From the NCBI GenBank assembly GCA_052055015.1, contig JBQJIT010000018.1: a stretch of DNA of 64,000 nt; one strand, 5' to 3'. A model generated the notes under the pieces. That model did not search any database. It saw only the letters and a list, made by a program, of their open reading frames with translations, and was not told the DNA's origin. A program made the translations under genes and the position numbers. This document shows positions 1 to 11,707 of the stretch, piece after piece (the stretch's first letter is position 1; every line of letters begins with the position of its first letter). The stretch is from Malassezia furfur. Taxonomy: Eukaryota.

Positions 1-25
1 GCAGCGGCTGCGGCGCGCGCCGGGG

Positions 26-1437
26 ATGCTCGCGAGCGACTTTGTGTGGCGCGTGTTTGTGCCGTTCAAGTTTGACGCACAAAACGACACGCTCACCTAC
101 ACCGACTTCCCCTCGCTCGCGGACGTGTGCGCCGACGCGGCGATCGCCGAGCAGGACGCCGTGGAGCTCGTCGTGCAGATCGCCGCGGGACCCTCGGTGC
201 AGACGGCGCCCGTGGCCGAGGCGACGCAGGACGCACGGCTCCCGTTCGAGACGCCGAGCGCAGTGCAGATGCCGCGCAGCCTCGTGCATGCGCTCGCGCA
301 CCTCGTCGACGACGCGGGCACAGGCGACCTTATGATCATCGTCCGCGAAAAGGGGCTCCAGCAACACCCTACCGCGGAGCTCGCGGCGAGCGTCGGGCTC
401 AAGACATTTGTGCAGCCGTGGCCGACCGGCACGCCGATGCCCGTGCTCACCGACGACGTCGAGCCAGACGTGTTTGTGCGCGACCGCGTGCTGTGGGCGC
501 ATGCGTCGGTGCTGCGCGCGCGCAGTGAATTCTTCGACACGATGCTCAGCTCCGAGTTTAGCGAGAGCGCGCAGCACGACGCGCCCGGCGCGTCGCGCGC
601 GCCGGGCTGGCGGCGGCCGTACCGTGTGCTGCGGATCCCAGACGCAGACTACGTCACGCTCTACTGGTTCCTGCGCTACCTCTACACCGACGAGGTGCAG
701 CTGCTCCCCGCCGAGGACATCCAGGCGGTGACGCTGGACGACCACTGGATCCTCGGGCAGGACGGCGCATCGGACCGTCTCGACTGGAAGTGGCGCCGCG
801 TGTACGCCAACGAGGACGACGCCAGCACCCTCGCCTCCTCGCCGGGCGCCGCCGACACCAGCGTGAGCCGCTTGGCACAGACGCGCACGCCGCTCGTGAC
901 GAGCGCCGCGACGAACCCGACGCTGACCGATCTGCACTCGGGCCACAACGTGGAGATCACCACGAGCCCGCGCGATGGCACGCCGCAGTGCCGCCCCACC
1001 AAGACGCACGGCCGGCAGCGCTCGGGCGGCGCGTCCAGTGCGCTGTACGCCTCCGATCCACACCCGCACCCGCCGATGCTCGCGGTGCCGCCGGCGTCGG
1101 CGCTCGCGCTCTACCGCCTCGCGCACCGATACCACATCCCCACGTTGTGCGAGCTGACTACGACGCACATCATTGCGCAGCTCACGCCGCAGAACGCGAC
1201 CAACTACCTCTTGTGTACGGCGCTCTTTGATCAGCTGCAGTACGCAATTCAGCACTACATCTGTACGTTTCACACACTCACGCAGTCCAACATTGGCACG
1301 ATGTGTCGTCCAGCGAAGAGTTTGAGCGCTGCTGCGACCAGGTGTCCGAGGGCGATTGGGGGCCCTCGGCGGGCCGCGCGCTCGCCTCCCTCATGCGCAA
1401 TCTGCGATTGGCCGAAACCCAATCGGGTTTCCCATAG
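26..1437 (+). CDS. BTB/POZ-domain protein; frame is open to the window edge, so probably 5'-truncated; intron 1263-1285
   Basis: BTB-like LWAHASVLRARSEFFDTMLSSEFSES, YWFLRYLYTD and LYRLAHRY; removing a 23-nt GTACGT..CTCAC..CAG intron gives QHYIFQHWHDVSSSEEFERCCDQVSEGDWG and a TAG at 1435-1437. Confidence 0.75.
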
Positions 1438-1479
1438 CCACGTAGCGATCTGGCTGCGCCCGGACCACACCGTTGCCCC

Positions 1480-2397
1480 ATGCCGCCCGCTTCGCGCGCC
1501 TGGTGGACCGCGCTGCCGGCGTCGCTCGCCGTGCTGACAACGACCGCATACTCGCGCACCGCACGTTACTACTTCAATGCCGTACTCTACATCGCCCTGA
1601 TGGGCGTCTGCAGCATCCTTGGCGTCGTGTACCCGTTGCTGTTCAGCGTCGTCGGCCAGCGCTACAACACCAACTACGCCGTTGCACGCTCGTTCTATGC
1701 TCTGACAGGCACACTCATCGGCATCAAGATCACCATCGTCGAGGGTGAAGAGTACCTCAAGCAGCGCCCTGCCATCATTCTCGGCAACCACCAGAGCTTC
1801 CTGGACATCCTCTACTTGGGCCGCATGTTCCCCTCGGGCTCGGTCATCATGGCCAAGAAGGAGCTTAGGTGGATGCCCCTCCTCGGCCAGTTCAGTATGT
1901 TTGCTCTTACTCACACAGTGATGCTCGGCGGCAACGTGTTTATCGACCGCAAGAGCCGCGCCAGCGCGATCCAGACCACCAAGGCGGCCGGCGAGCAAAT
2001 GCGCAAGCACAAGCTCGCGCTCTTCGCTTTCCCCGAGGGAACACGCTCGCACGCATCCAAGCCAATGCTGCTTCCGTTCAAGAAGGGCATCTTTCACTTG
2101 GCCATCGAGACGCAGCTCCCCATCATCCCGCTCGTGTGCGAAAACTACCACCACCTCTACGACAGCAAGACGCGCTTCGACGGTGGAGAAATTCGCCTCG
2201 CAGTGTTGCCGCCCGTGAGCACCCAGGGCCTCACGATCGCCGACACGGACGCGCTCATCAAGCGCGTGTACGACGCCATGCTCGAGCGCCTGCTGCGTTT
2301 TGGCAGCGACGGGGATGCGGCCACCTCCTCGGCGCTGTCGGAGCCAGAATCCGGAAAGAACACGCATGGCCTCGCGGGTCTCGTCGCGCGCCTGTAG
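1480..2397 (+). CDS. SLC1: 1-acyl-sn-glycerol-3-phosphate acyltransferase (AGPAT) copy 1; in-frame intron 1895-1918
   Basis: NHQSFLD (NHxxxxD), FIDR and FPEGTRS motifs; splicing the 24-nt intron restores GQFMMLGGNVFIDR. Confidence 0.92.
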   Translation: MPPASRAWWTALPASLAVLTTTAYSRTARYYFNAVLYIALMGVCSILGVVYPLLFSVVGQRYNTNYAVARSFYALTGTLIGIKITIVEGEEYLKQRPAIILGNHQSFLDILYLGRMFPSGSVIMAKKELRWMPLLGQFSMFALTHTVMLGGNVFIDRKSRASAIQTTKAAGEQMRKHKLALFAFPEGTRSHASKPMLLPFKKGIFHLAIETQLPIIPLVCENYHHLYDSKTRFDGGEIRLAVLPPVSTQGLTIADTDALIKRVYDAMLERLLRFGSDGDAATSSALSEPESGKNTHGLAGLVARL

Positions 2398-2513
2398 ATT
2401 GGATTCGTAGCATACGACCCCCGTTGCTTTCGGCTTTTCCCCGCGTGTCGCGCACGTCCGCGCATTATTTCCCCATTTTGCCCAAATTCCCCCACCATTC
2501 GCGTCCGGACACC

Positions 2514-3583
2514 ATGGCCAAGTGGACTAGGAGTGCGTTCTCTTTCTTTTCCGTCTCCTTCTTGCTGTTCTCGTTCGCTTCTGCTCGTTCCCAACGTGTG
2601 CGGCGCCTGTACAATGCGGCATTGTACATCTTCTCCCTGAGCGTATGCAGCACCATTGGTGTGGTATTCCCCCTCGTGTTTGGCCTGTTTGGCCAGCGCT
2701 ACAACACCAACCACATTGTCGCGCGCTCCTTCTACAAGCTGGCTGGCACGCTGATCGGGTACAATGTCAAGATGGAGGGCGCCGAACACCTCAACACGCG
2801 CCCGTCCATCATCGTCGGCAACCACCAGAGCTTCCTGGACATCCTTTACCTCGGCCGTGTCATGCCGCCGAACTCGGTCATCATGGCCAAGAAGGAGCTC
2901 AAGTGGATGCCGCTGCTCGGCCAGTTCAGTATGTTGTTCCTACTCACCCAGTGACGCTCGGCGGTACCCTGTTTATCGACCGCAAGAGTCGCGCTAGTGC
3001 GATCAAGACTATGAACGAGGCCGGCGCGCGCATGCGCAAGAACAAACTCGCGCTCTTCGCGTTCCCCGAGGGCACACGGTCGCACTCGGTGCTCCCGGAG
3101 CTGCTTCCGTTTAAGAAGGGCGTGTTCCATCTTGCGATCCAGACCCAGCTGCCCATTGTCCCTGTCGTTTGCGAAAACTACAGCCGGTTATACGACAGCA
3201 AGACGCGCTTCGAAGGCGGCGACTTGCGCCTGGCTGTCCTGCCGCCCATCAGCACCGAGGGCATGACCAATGAGGACACCGACAAGCTCATTAGCACGGT
3301 GCATGATGCCATGCTGCGCCAGCTCGTCAAGTTCGACCAGGAGAACGATGCGGAGGACGTGCAGCGCACCCTGCACCCTTCGCAGCCTTCGCCCCAGCGT
3401 GTGCGTGGTCTGGCGGGGCTCTTTGCCCGCCTCGTGGGCGACGGCAGCAAGTCGTACCACAACCGCACAGTGCGCCGCGTCCAGAAGGAGGAGGAGCAGC
3501 TGCGTGCCAATGCACACAACGGCACGAGCCCGAGTGACTATGGCCTAGTGTCCGCGTCCCATAGCCAAGCCCCCGCGTCGTAG
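2514..3583 (+). CDS. SLC1: AGPAT copy 2 (tandem paralogue); intron 2929-2951
   Basis: Same NHQSFLD, FIDR and FPEGTRS motifs; 23-nt intron at the identical codon position to copy 1. Confidence 0.92.
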
Positions 3584-3648
3584 CCGGACACGGACACGGT
3601 CCTCCACCCTGTATGTTGTGGAATTACGCCCTCTGGCCAGCACCTACC

Positions 3649-5367
3649 ATGCTGCCGTGGGCCTGGATCGCTTTCGCTGTGTGCGCGACCCAGGTATTTG
3701 CGTCGGTGCCGCGGGGCGTCGCGCCACAGGGTAAGTGAGCACACTTACATCAGATGCATCACTGTACGAGCCGCATTCGGACAAGGGCGGCGTCGCTATG
3801 TGGAAATGTCTGGGCACCGAGCAGCTCATCCCGCACAGCCGCATTAACGACGACTACTGCGACTGCGACGATGGCTCGGACGAGCCAGGAACCTCAGCGT
3901 GTGATGAGGGCCGCTTCTACTGTGCAAACGCGGGCCACATTCCCAAATACATCCGCAGCTCGTTTGTGAACGACGGTGTGTGCGACTGCTGCGATGGCTC
4001 CGACGAGGTCGAGGGCAAGACACACTGTCCCAACGTGTGCGCGCAGGTGAACAAGGAGTACCGCAAGGAAACAGCCCAAGCTGAGAAAAAGTACCAAGCA
4101 GGCGCTAAGATCCGCGCGCGGTACGTCGCCTCTGCGGCGCAGGACCGCGAATTCCACCAAAAGAACCTCGCGCGCCTGTACGCCGAGCTGCCCGACGCCG
4201 AGCGTACCGAGGCACAACTCAAGCAGGCACTCGAGGATGCAGAGTCGGTCTCGTCCTGGCTCGAGCAGCAGAAGCGCTCCAGCCCGCTCTTTGCCCAGCT
4301 GGAGCTGCGCCAGGCGACGTTGCGTGCGCAGCGCGAGGCGCTGGACAAGCTTGCAGGCGAGCTGCGCATTGTGGCACAGATGATCGAGCGTCTCGGCGGA
4401 GAACCAAACAAGCAGGAGCTTGACGACATCCGCGATGCCTACCGCCTCTGGTTGGGCCGCGTGTTTGACGACCACGATGAGGAGCGGCAGGCGACGCTCG
4501 ACGAGAAACTCTCGCAGCTGTTGCAAAGTGGCACGGAACTCTCGGAAGAGGATCTGCAAACACTCATAAACGAGGACCCTCTCACCCTACTGGACGGCGC
4601 GCCAGACTACGCGGGCCAGGCGCCTCCCGCGGTGCCGCAAGCGCGTACGTTGCCTTGGCTCACTCAGTGCTCCACATCCCGTCGTACTTGCCTGAATCGC
4701 TCGTGCCGCTGTACGAGCGCGGTCTGCAGTGGCTCGTCGATGTGCTCGTGCGTCTGGAGGCCATCCCACCGCCCCAACGCGAAAAGGGCTCGATGCCCCA
4801 CAACTACAAGAGCCGTGTGGGTGTTGCTGCTGCCCGCGATGCGTACGAAAAGAGTCGCGATGCGTTGAATCGGATCAAGGGCGATATCGAATACCACAAC
4901 AAGGCACTCGGGAACCTGTCCAAGAAGTACGGCCGCGAGGGCGAGTTCAAGACGCTGGATGGCACCTGTCTCAAGAAGGACATGGGCGAATACACGTACG
5001 AGTTCTGCTTTGGCGGCACCACGTCGCAAATCTCCAACAACGACGGCTATACCTTCCAGCTGGGGTACGTATTGACCGCTCACGCAGCCGTTTCAAGCAC
5101 TTCGATGTGCAGAACAAGTACAGCAGCGACGACTACCGGCATTATCTCACTATGCTATACGACCGCGGCCAGGCGTGCTGGAACGGTCCGATACGTTCGA
5201 CGCGCGTCACGCTCGAGTGCAGCGACAAAAACGAACTCTTGGATGTGTTCGAGGCGGAAAAGTGCACATATTCTATGCGCGTCGCGTCGCCCGTGGTGTG
5301 CTTCCCCAGGGAGGAGTCCCCCAAGGAGGAGCCCATCAAGCAGGAGGTGGAGCACACCGAACTGTAG
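3649..5367 (+). CDS. GTB1: Glucosidase II beta subunit (PRKCSH family); introns 3731-3753, 4645-4667, 5065-5087
   Basis: Signal peptide, LDLa-like INDDYCDCDDGSDEPGTSAC, MRH domain (CWNGPIRS...EAEKC) and C-terminal HTEL ER-retention signal. Confidence 0.92.
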
Positions 5368-5374
5368 CTGCCAT

Positions 5375-5657
5375 CTAATTAACATGGATCTCCTGGTTTG
5401 GTTCGATAGACTCACTGGGGTCAGTACGGAGCGTACATCAGGCCGTCGTCCTTCTTGCTCTGCTCAAGCTTCTCCACGTAGTTGGGCGGCATACGCGCCG
5501 CGAAGCCGCGGAGGAAGTCGGCATTATAGCGTTGCTGGATCGTGCCACCTTGCTGCTGCACTTCGTCGACGTATTTGTCAACGTCTTTGTCGGTGGCCGA
5601 CTTGCGAAACATCCTGCACCGGTCAAGGAGCTCGACTTACACAACGTACGACTGCAT
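5375..5657 (-). CDS. Small peptidase inhibitor I9 / proteinase B inhibitor-like protein; introns 5614-5640, 5415-5436
   Basis: Spliced product MQSYVVMFRKSAT...GGTIQQRY..FLRGFAARMP...LIESIEPNQEIHVN matches the I9 pattern (YIVxF, GG.I..Y, GFAA, IE.DQ). Confidence 0.8.
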
Positions 5658-5711
5658 GACCGTCGTAACACGGGGAAGCACACATCGGGTGTCAGATCGG
5701 GTCCCTCCACG

Positions 5712-8319
5712 ATGGAATCGTCCTTGGAAGCGGGGGTTGTGACCGCTCTTGGCGCCGACTGGCCGCCGGAACAGCTCGTCGAGCAGGTACGCCACATTGC
5801 ACAAGAGCATGAGCTGCCAGAGGAACATGCATTGCGCGCGCTGCCGGACATCCTTATCCGGATCGTCTTTGCAGTAGACCCGGCCCCGGCACAAGCCATG
5901 CACTACCTCTCCGCATTGTGCATCGCGCCGCTCCCAAGCGAGAATGCCCAGCACGCGTTCATCGGCGCAGCTCTGGTGTCTCTTTTGAAACATGCCGACC
6001 ACGATGCAAACAAAGCGGACCAGGTCTGTGCACTCTTCTTCCATGGCAGCGACGATGCTCTACCGATCACAGCCGCGGAGCTCGCCAAGAACCTGCCCGA
6101 TAGCCAACTGTGGCCAACCGCTTTCGCGTTGGTCCGCTTGGCCTTGCAGCTCCATGCCCCGCGCTCAGCATCAGCGTCGCTGTTTATGCGCCTTGCGACG
6201 CAAACCCACAACGAACCGCTTCCTGATTCTTTTGCTGCGCTCCTACACGACGTTGAGAGCGCATGCACCCAAAATGCGGCTTGGTCCCCCATTGCACAGA
6301 CATTGGCCAACTTTGAAAAGCACCCTGAAGATGCTGAGACTCGTATGAGCCCGTCGGCGCTCCCTGACCTCTGGAGCGGGCGACAGACTCTGGCATATGC
6401 GTTGGGCCTGGCAGGTGCTGCGCACCAACTCCAAAACAACGGTGGGCGCACTCCTGCGCTTCCGCAGGCCCCACATCCCGAACCAGATACGGTGCTCTTC
6501 GTGTACCACCTGTCGTCAGATGCTTACGATTGGTCGCAAAAATGCGCCATGGCGCAGGGACTCTTGGCTGTGCGCCTAGCGTATACGGAGATTGAACCAA
6601 AGAAGGCCCGGCTGGCATTCTACGTCGAATTGCTGATTGCCACAAGCCATGCAGCCCTGACCTGCATCTCGACTCACCAGGATCGCGCACCGTATTGGCG
6701 CGGATTTGTCGGTGGCATTCTACCTCCCCTTCTCCGGTATCTCGACAGTGAGAGCAGTGCAGAGGCACAACGGATGCTCTCTGCTACGCTCGCTGCATTT
6801 GTCGAGTTGCATGCTCCGCTCAGTCAATGGGCCGCTGCCGAGCCCGCCATGGAGCCTGCGTTGCCCGAGCATATCCTGCGGTGCATGGCAAGTTGGGGTC
6901 TCGTCGAAACGCATGCGAGCGAGCCTGTCCAGCCGGATGAACTTGTACGGGTGGCCAGCCCGGATCTCCAGCAGTATGCTGCAAATGTCCAGGCACAGAT
7001 CCAAGTGCAAGGTGGCCTGGCGGCCTTGGCCATGCAAGCTGCGTCCGATCCTGCGCGCCAGTTGTGCTTTGCACACGTAGTAGCGCGCTTTGCTACGTCC
7101 TGGTATCAAGGCCTGCCCAACATGGAGCATGTGGCTGAGGTCTGTGGGGCACTGGGTGTACCAGGCGCCTGCAATGCCCTTTTCCTCTTCTACAGCCGAC
7201 CTTCATTTCTTCGCGCACTACTCGCCGCCGTGCAGCAGCTCACGCCGCGCCAGTGGCAGGACGCAGACGAGCTGGCGTCCATATCCACCGCGCTCCTTTT
7301 CCTCCAGCGGTTCCCGAGCAAAGGGATGGATGCGTGTGGACCTGCATCCGTCTTTTTGGCGTTTGCTCAAATACCCACATTGCCGCGCGAAGCATGGTCG
7401 CAGGGCCGTGCTGAGCTGCTGGACCGCTGGATGGCCGCATTGGTCGGGCCTGAAGGTTTACCCGACGTGCTTCTGCGGTACGTCTCCCAACTTACACAGC
7501 GACTCGCCCCCGTGGACCGTTTATCGACAGGCACCCACCATGATCCAACAGCTCATGGCTTCATACATCGCCCAACGTCTTGACCGAGCTGGATTGGATT
7601 CGGCACTGTCCTACTTTTTGCAAGCACCGTTGCGCTATACGCTACCGTGCATCTTGCACTGGCTCCTGGTGCAAGCCCAGTGTATGGCTGCAAGATCGGT
7701 CTATGCCTCAGTGCCGCACAGTACAATCTATGCCGAGGTGTTCCAATCGCTGATCACGGCTGATACATGCCCAGCACAGGTACGCGCTTTGTTCAGCACG
7801 ACGGCCGCGCCTTTGTTCAGCGATCGGCCCGATCTGGTGACGCTGTTGAAAAGTGCGCCGACGGATTATACCCCCCCTTGGCCCGCCGAGGCGCTCGTGG
7901 CGGTGCTCGGTGGCGATCACCTTGTCCAGGAGGCGGCATCGACGATGCTCGAGACACGCGGGCCTTTTTATGACGCACGATGCATCCTTACCATCGCTGC
8001 GGCGACCACTATGGAGTCCAGCGATGCGCGAGCAGTGTGTGCGGTGCTGGCGCTGGCGTACCCCCCGCTGGTGCTTGCGCGGCGTGCCTTATCCCTACTG
8101 GACGCCGATCGTGCGCCGGCGTCGGAGCTGCGCAATTTGTGCGCATGCTACCTGCAAAGTGCTGCACTCGCTCGCTATCTTCCTGAGGGTCCTGAGGCGG
8201 TGCAAGACGTGCTGAACTCGCTTGAACGCATTGAACGAGTCGCGCCTATGCGCGAAATGTTGGTGGGGGCACGGGCCCCCTTGGCCGCTGTCGCTGCGGC
8301 AATTCCCGATACGTTGTAG
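5712..8319 (+). CDS. MED5: Probable Mediator tail subunit Med5; intron 7478-7499
   Basis: Two long ORFs joined by a 22-nt intron; WMAALVGPEGLPDVLLRDSPP and LSYFLQAPLRYTLP resemble the Med5 conserved block. Confidence 0.65.
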
Positions 8320-8455
8320 TTAGGCCTAGTAGGACCCCACCGATAAATGCCTCCACGAGCCCCAAGACACGGGCTTGCCGCGGGCTGAAAATTCCGCGCA
8401 CGGACGGTGAACCCTCGGTAAGCCACCTTTTTTTGTTTTCGGTCCGTCTGCCATC

Positions 8456-10134
8456 ATGTACGCCCAATCCGCTACGACGCAACTGGAATGGTTTGCTTCA
8501 ATGCATCCCATCGAGTACAAAATCGATAACATCTTCCTGCGTAAGACGTATGTTCACTCGCCCGCTTATCCAGCTCGATTATCTGCACTATCGGCCCCAA
8601 GACCAACAATGTGCCCATGCTGCAGAAGCTGCGGAAGACGGGTATGAACATCGTGCGCCTGAACGCGAGCCACGGTGACCACTCATACTTTCAGAGTGTG
8701 ATTGACAACGTGCACCAGGTGGAGCGCGAGGCGCCCGGTCGTCCGCTCGCGATCGCCCTCGACACCAAGGGTCCGGAGATGCGGACCGGTGTAATGGAGA
8801 ACAACGAGGACCAGCCGATCGAGGAGGGCCACGAGTTCATCGTTACGGTTGACAAGGCATATGCGGATAAATGCAGTGCGAGCCACCTGTACATCGACTA
8901 CGAGCGCCTGCCACTCAAGGTGCAACCGGACCGCATTATCTACATCGACGACGGCATTCTGGCGTTGCGCGTCCTGTCCATCGAAGGGAATAACGTGCGC
9001 GTGGTTGCGATGAACAACGGTGTGCTGTCCTCCCGCAAGGGTGTCAACCTGCCACTCACCGAGGTCGACCTGCCCGCCGTCTCGGAGAAGGACCGCAAGG
9101 ACCTCGAGTTTGCGCGCGACCAGTCGCTCGACATGGTGTTTGCCTCCTTTATTCGCAGTGGACAGGACATCAAGAGCATCCGTGAGATCCTTGGTGAGAA
9201 GGGCCAGCACATCCGCATTATTGCCAAGATTGAAAACCACCAGGGTCTGGTTAACTTTGACGAGATTCTCGAGGCGGCCGACGGTATTATGGTGGCCCGT
9301 GGTGACCTTGGTATTGAGATTCCGGCCCCGCAGGTGTTCCTTGCGCAGAAGATGATGATTTCCCGGTGCAATATCATGGGCAAGCCGGTGATCTGTGCGA
9401 CGCAAATGCTCGAAAGCATGACGGTCAATAACCGCCCGACCCGTGCCGAAGTGTCCGACGTCGCCAATGCTGTCGTTGATGGTGCGGACTGTGTGATGCT
9501 TTCCGGTGAGACCGCCAAGGGCAAGTACCCTGTGGAGGCGGTCAAAATGATGGCCGAGACGACTTATATCGCCGAGCAGAGCCTTTCCTACCAGGCGCTC
9601 TTTAACGAGATGCGCAGCCTGACGCGCGTGCCGACGAGTACGCAGGAGACGATCGCGCTCGTAGCCGTCTCGGCCTCGCTCGAGCAGCGCGCCGGCGCTA
9701 TCCTGCTCATGTCTACGTCGGGTAATACGGCGCGCCTCGTGAGCAAGTACCGTCCCGAATGTCCGATCCTGATGGGTACGTTCCCCCTTCCCTACTTACC
9801 CCGCAGTCACGCGCAATGTGTACACGGCCCGCTCGTGCCATCTTTACCGTGGTACCTATCCCTTCCACTACCCGCTGCCGAAGATCGACAGCCCGGCCAA
9901 GTGGCAGGAGGATGTGGATAACCGTATCAAGTTTGGTCTGTCGGAGGCGCTCAAGCTGCACATCATCAACAAGGGTGATACAGTTATTGCCGTCCAGGGC
10001 TGGCGCGGTGGACAGGGCTATACCAACTCGCTGCGCGTCGTTGTACGTATTCGATTGCCGCGGCTTGCTGACCACAGACGGTCCCTACGTCGACCGAGGG
10101 TTACATTCTCGAGGACACCTCGGCCGGAATCTAG
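8456..10134 (+). CDS. PYK1: Pyruvate kinase; introns 8548-8573, 9776-9806, 10043-10077
   Basis: [47 protein letters not shown] and [12 protein letters not shown] motifs. Confidence 0.97.
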
Positions 10135-10507
10135 CTAGTGGGATAGAGCTGGTGGTAAAAGTTCATATCGAACTTGCTCGTGAGCTCTGGGGTGGCTTTG
10201 GCAAGCGCTTGGAACTCGGGCGCGGCCTGGTGAGCGGCGAGTGCCTCCGCACTCTCGTACTCCTCAAACACGACAATCTCGAGGCCGACGTTGGCTTCGC
10301 GCGTAACACGGTACTGGTGATCAGTGCAACGACTACGCACCGTCTTGGTGCCCGGCTCCTCTGCCGAGTTGGCACGCTTGGCGACCGCAACAACCAGTTC
10401 AGCGAGCTTGTCGGCTTCGCTCTGGCCCTTGGCAACGATACTGCACGTCAGTAGGACACGCACGTGGCAACGAGGATAAACGATCCTTGGCTCGGCGGCG
10501 TCGACAT
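10131..10507 (-). CDS. Small ABM/Dabb-barrel (antibiotic biosynthesis monooxygenase-like) protein; introns 10441-10463, 10314-10340
   Basis: [35 protein letters not shown] are typical ABM-domain motifs; both introns have GT..CTGAY..CAG signals. Confidence 0.8.
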
Positions 10508-10668
10508 CGTGGGGTGGAGTGGCCCGCGCACCCAGAGCCGCACCGCCGTCTCGAGTACGGCCCACGTGGCCCACGCGCGCGAGAGGGGATCGGCTGCGCG
10601 CAAGGCCATGGCCGTAGCGGCGCTACGCAATTTCTATAACTATGCATGCACATGGGCTGCCTCGCTAC

Positions 10669-11042
10669 CTAGCCGGGATAAGCTTGGATGAGAAACTTGA
10701 TGCCAATCGACTCGGTGAGCTCGGGTGGCGACGAGAGCACCGTCCTGAATTCCGACAAAGGCTTGTGTACACCCAGCGCAGCGGCGTCATCGAACTTCTC
10801 GAAGATGACAATCTCTCAGCTACCCTTATACTCACGCTGCACGCGGCACTGCAACTGTAGACCAGGGATGTGCCGTACGAGCTGCGGTCCCCTCGGACGA
10901 ATTTGCACGCTTCGCAATGTGGATGACGAGCATCATGAGCTTGTCGGCATCGTCCTTGCTTTTGGCAACCACACTGGCTCCGCTGTGAGGTGTACGTGGC
11001 GATCGAAACAAACGGGCCTTGGCTAGGTGCAGTCTAATCCAT
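10669..11042 (-). pseudogene. Degenerate tandem paralogue of the ABM-domain gene
   Basis: MD*TAPSQGPFVSIAT / VVAKSKDDADKL..IAKRANS / RVQRE..*EIVIFEKFDDAAAL..H..EF..PELT is collinear with the neighbour; in-frame TAG at 11034-11036 and TGA at 10816-10818. Confidence 0.75.
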
Positions 11043-11149
11043 CGTAGTAGTTCTGCGGATGGGCCACCTGCCCACTTGTGGAATTTCTCCAAGTCGCGTA
11101 CGTGTATGCACGCACGCACGCACGCACGTGGCACCACACCAACACCGTC

Positions 11150-11707
11150 ATGTCCGAATGGTTTGACCTGTTGAATTTCGAGTCCCCAAGACGGCATGGC
11201 GAAGGCGGTGCACGGAGACATCGAAGCGCGTCGCCCTCGCCACGGGGGCGCGTATCATGGCAACCAAGTTCGTCCCCCCTCGATGCGGACAAAACTAGCG
11301 GCGCAGAGAAACGCGACGCGACCAAAGACCTGCCACTTCCCACACCGAGCGTCGAAGACGAGCATGAGAACCGGCCACCCCAGATCAGCCCCAGTCGGGT
11401 ACGTACCATGCGGGCACGAAGGAATGCACGGCGCGCACATGCGCATGGCCCTTATACCTATGCGATGTATGCCTATGCACTCCCTGGCCACTCTACGGCA
11501 CAGTCGCGTGATGCGCCAACCTCGCGTACATCCCCGCTGCCCAGTCCTCGATTCGCGCGCGTACACAGTGACCCTGTGACGGTGCCGGCTGTCTCCCAAG
11601 ATACCCACGACAAACCCGAATCGGACGACAGCTTTACGCGACTCATGGGCGAAGACGAGTTGGACGCCGCTGCCGTTGAAGAGATAGCGTCACGCCAGGG
11701 ATGGTAA
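11150..11707 (+). CDS. Hypothetical low-complexity Ser/Pro-rich protein (~185 aa)
   Basis: Only sizeable ATG-initiated ORF filling the gap; CACGTG about 20 nt upstream; no recognisable domain. Confidence 0.45.
   Translation: MSEWFDLLNFESPRRHGEGGARRHRSASPSPRGRVSWQPSSSPLDADKTSGAEKRDATKDLPLPTPSVEDEHENRPPQISPSRVRTMRARRNARRAHAHGPYTYAMYAYALPGHSTAQSRDAPTSRTSPLPSPRFARVHSDPVTVPAVSQDTHDKPESDDSFTRLMGEDELDAAAVEEIASRQGW

Noticed and set aside
10816..10818. In-frame TGA as selenocysteine or read-through
   Set aside because: It aligns to Leu rather than Cys, and the same copy has a second stop and degraded splice signals; pseudogene decay is simpler.
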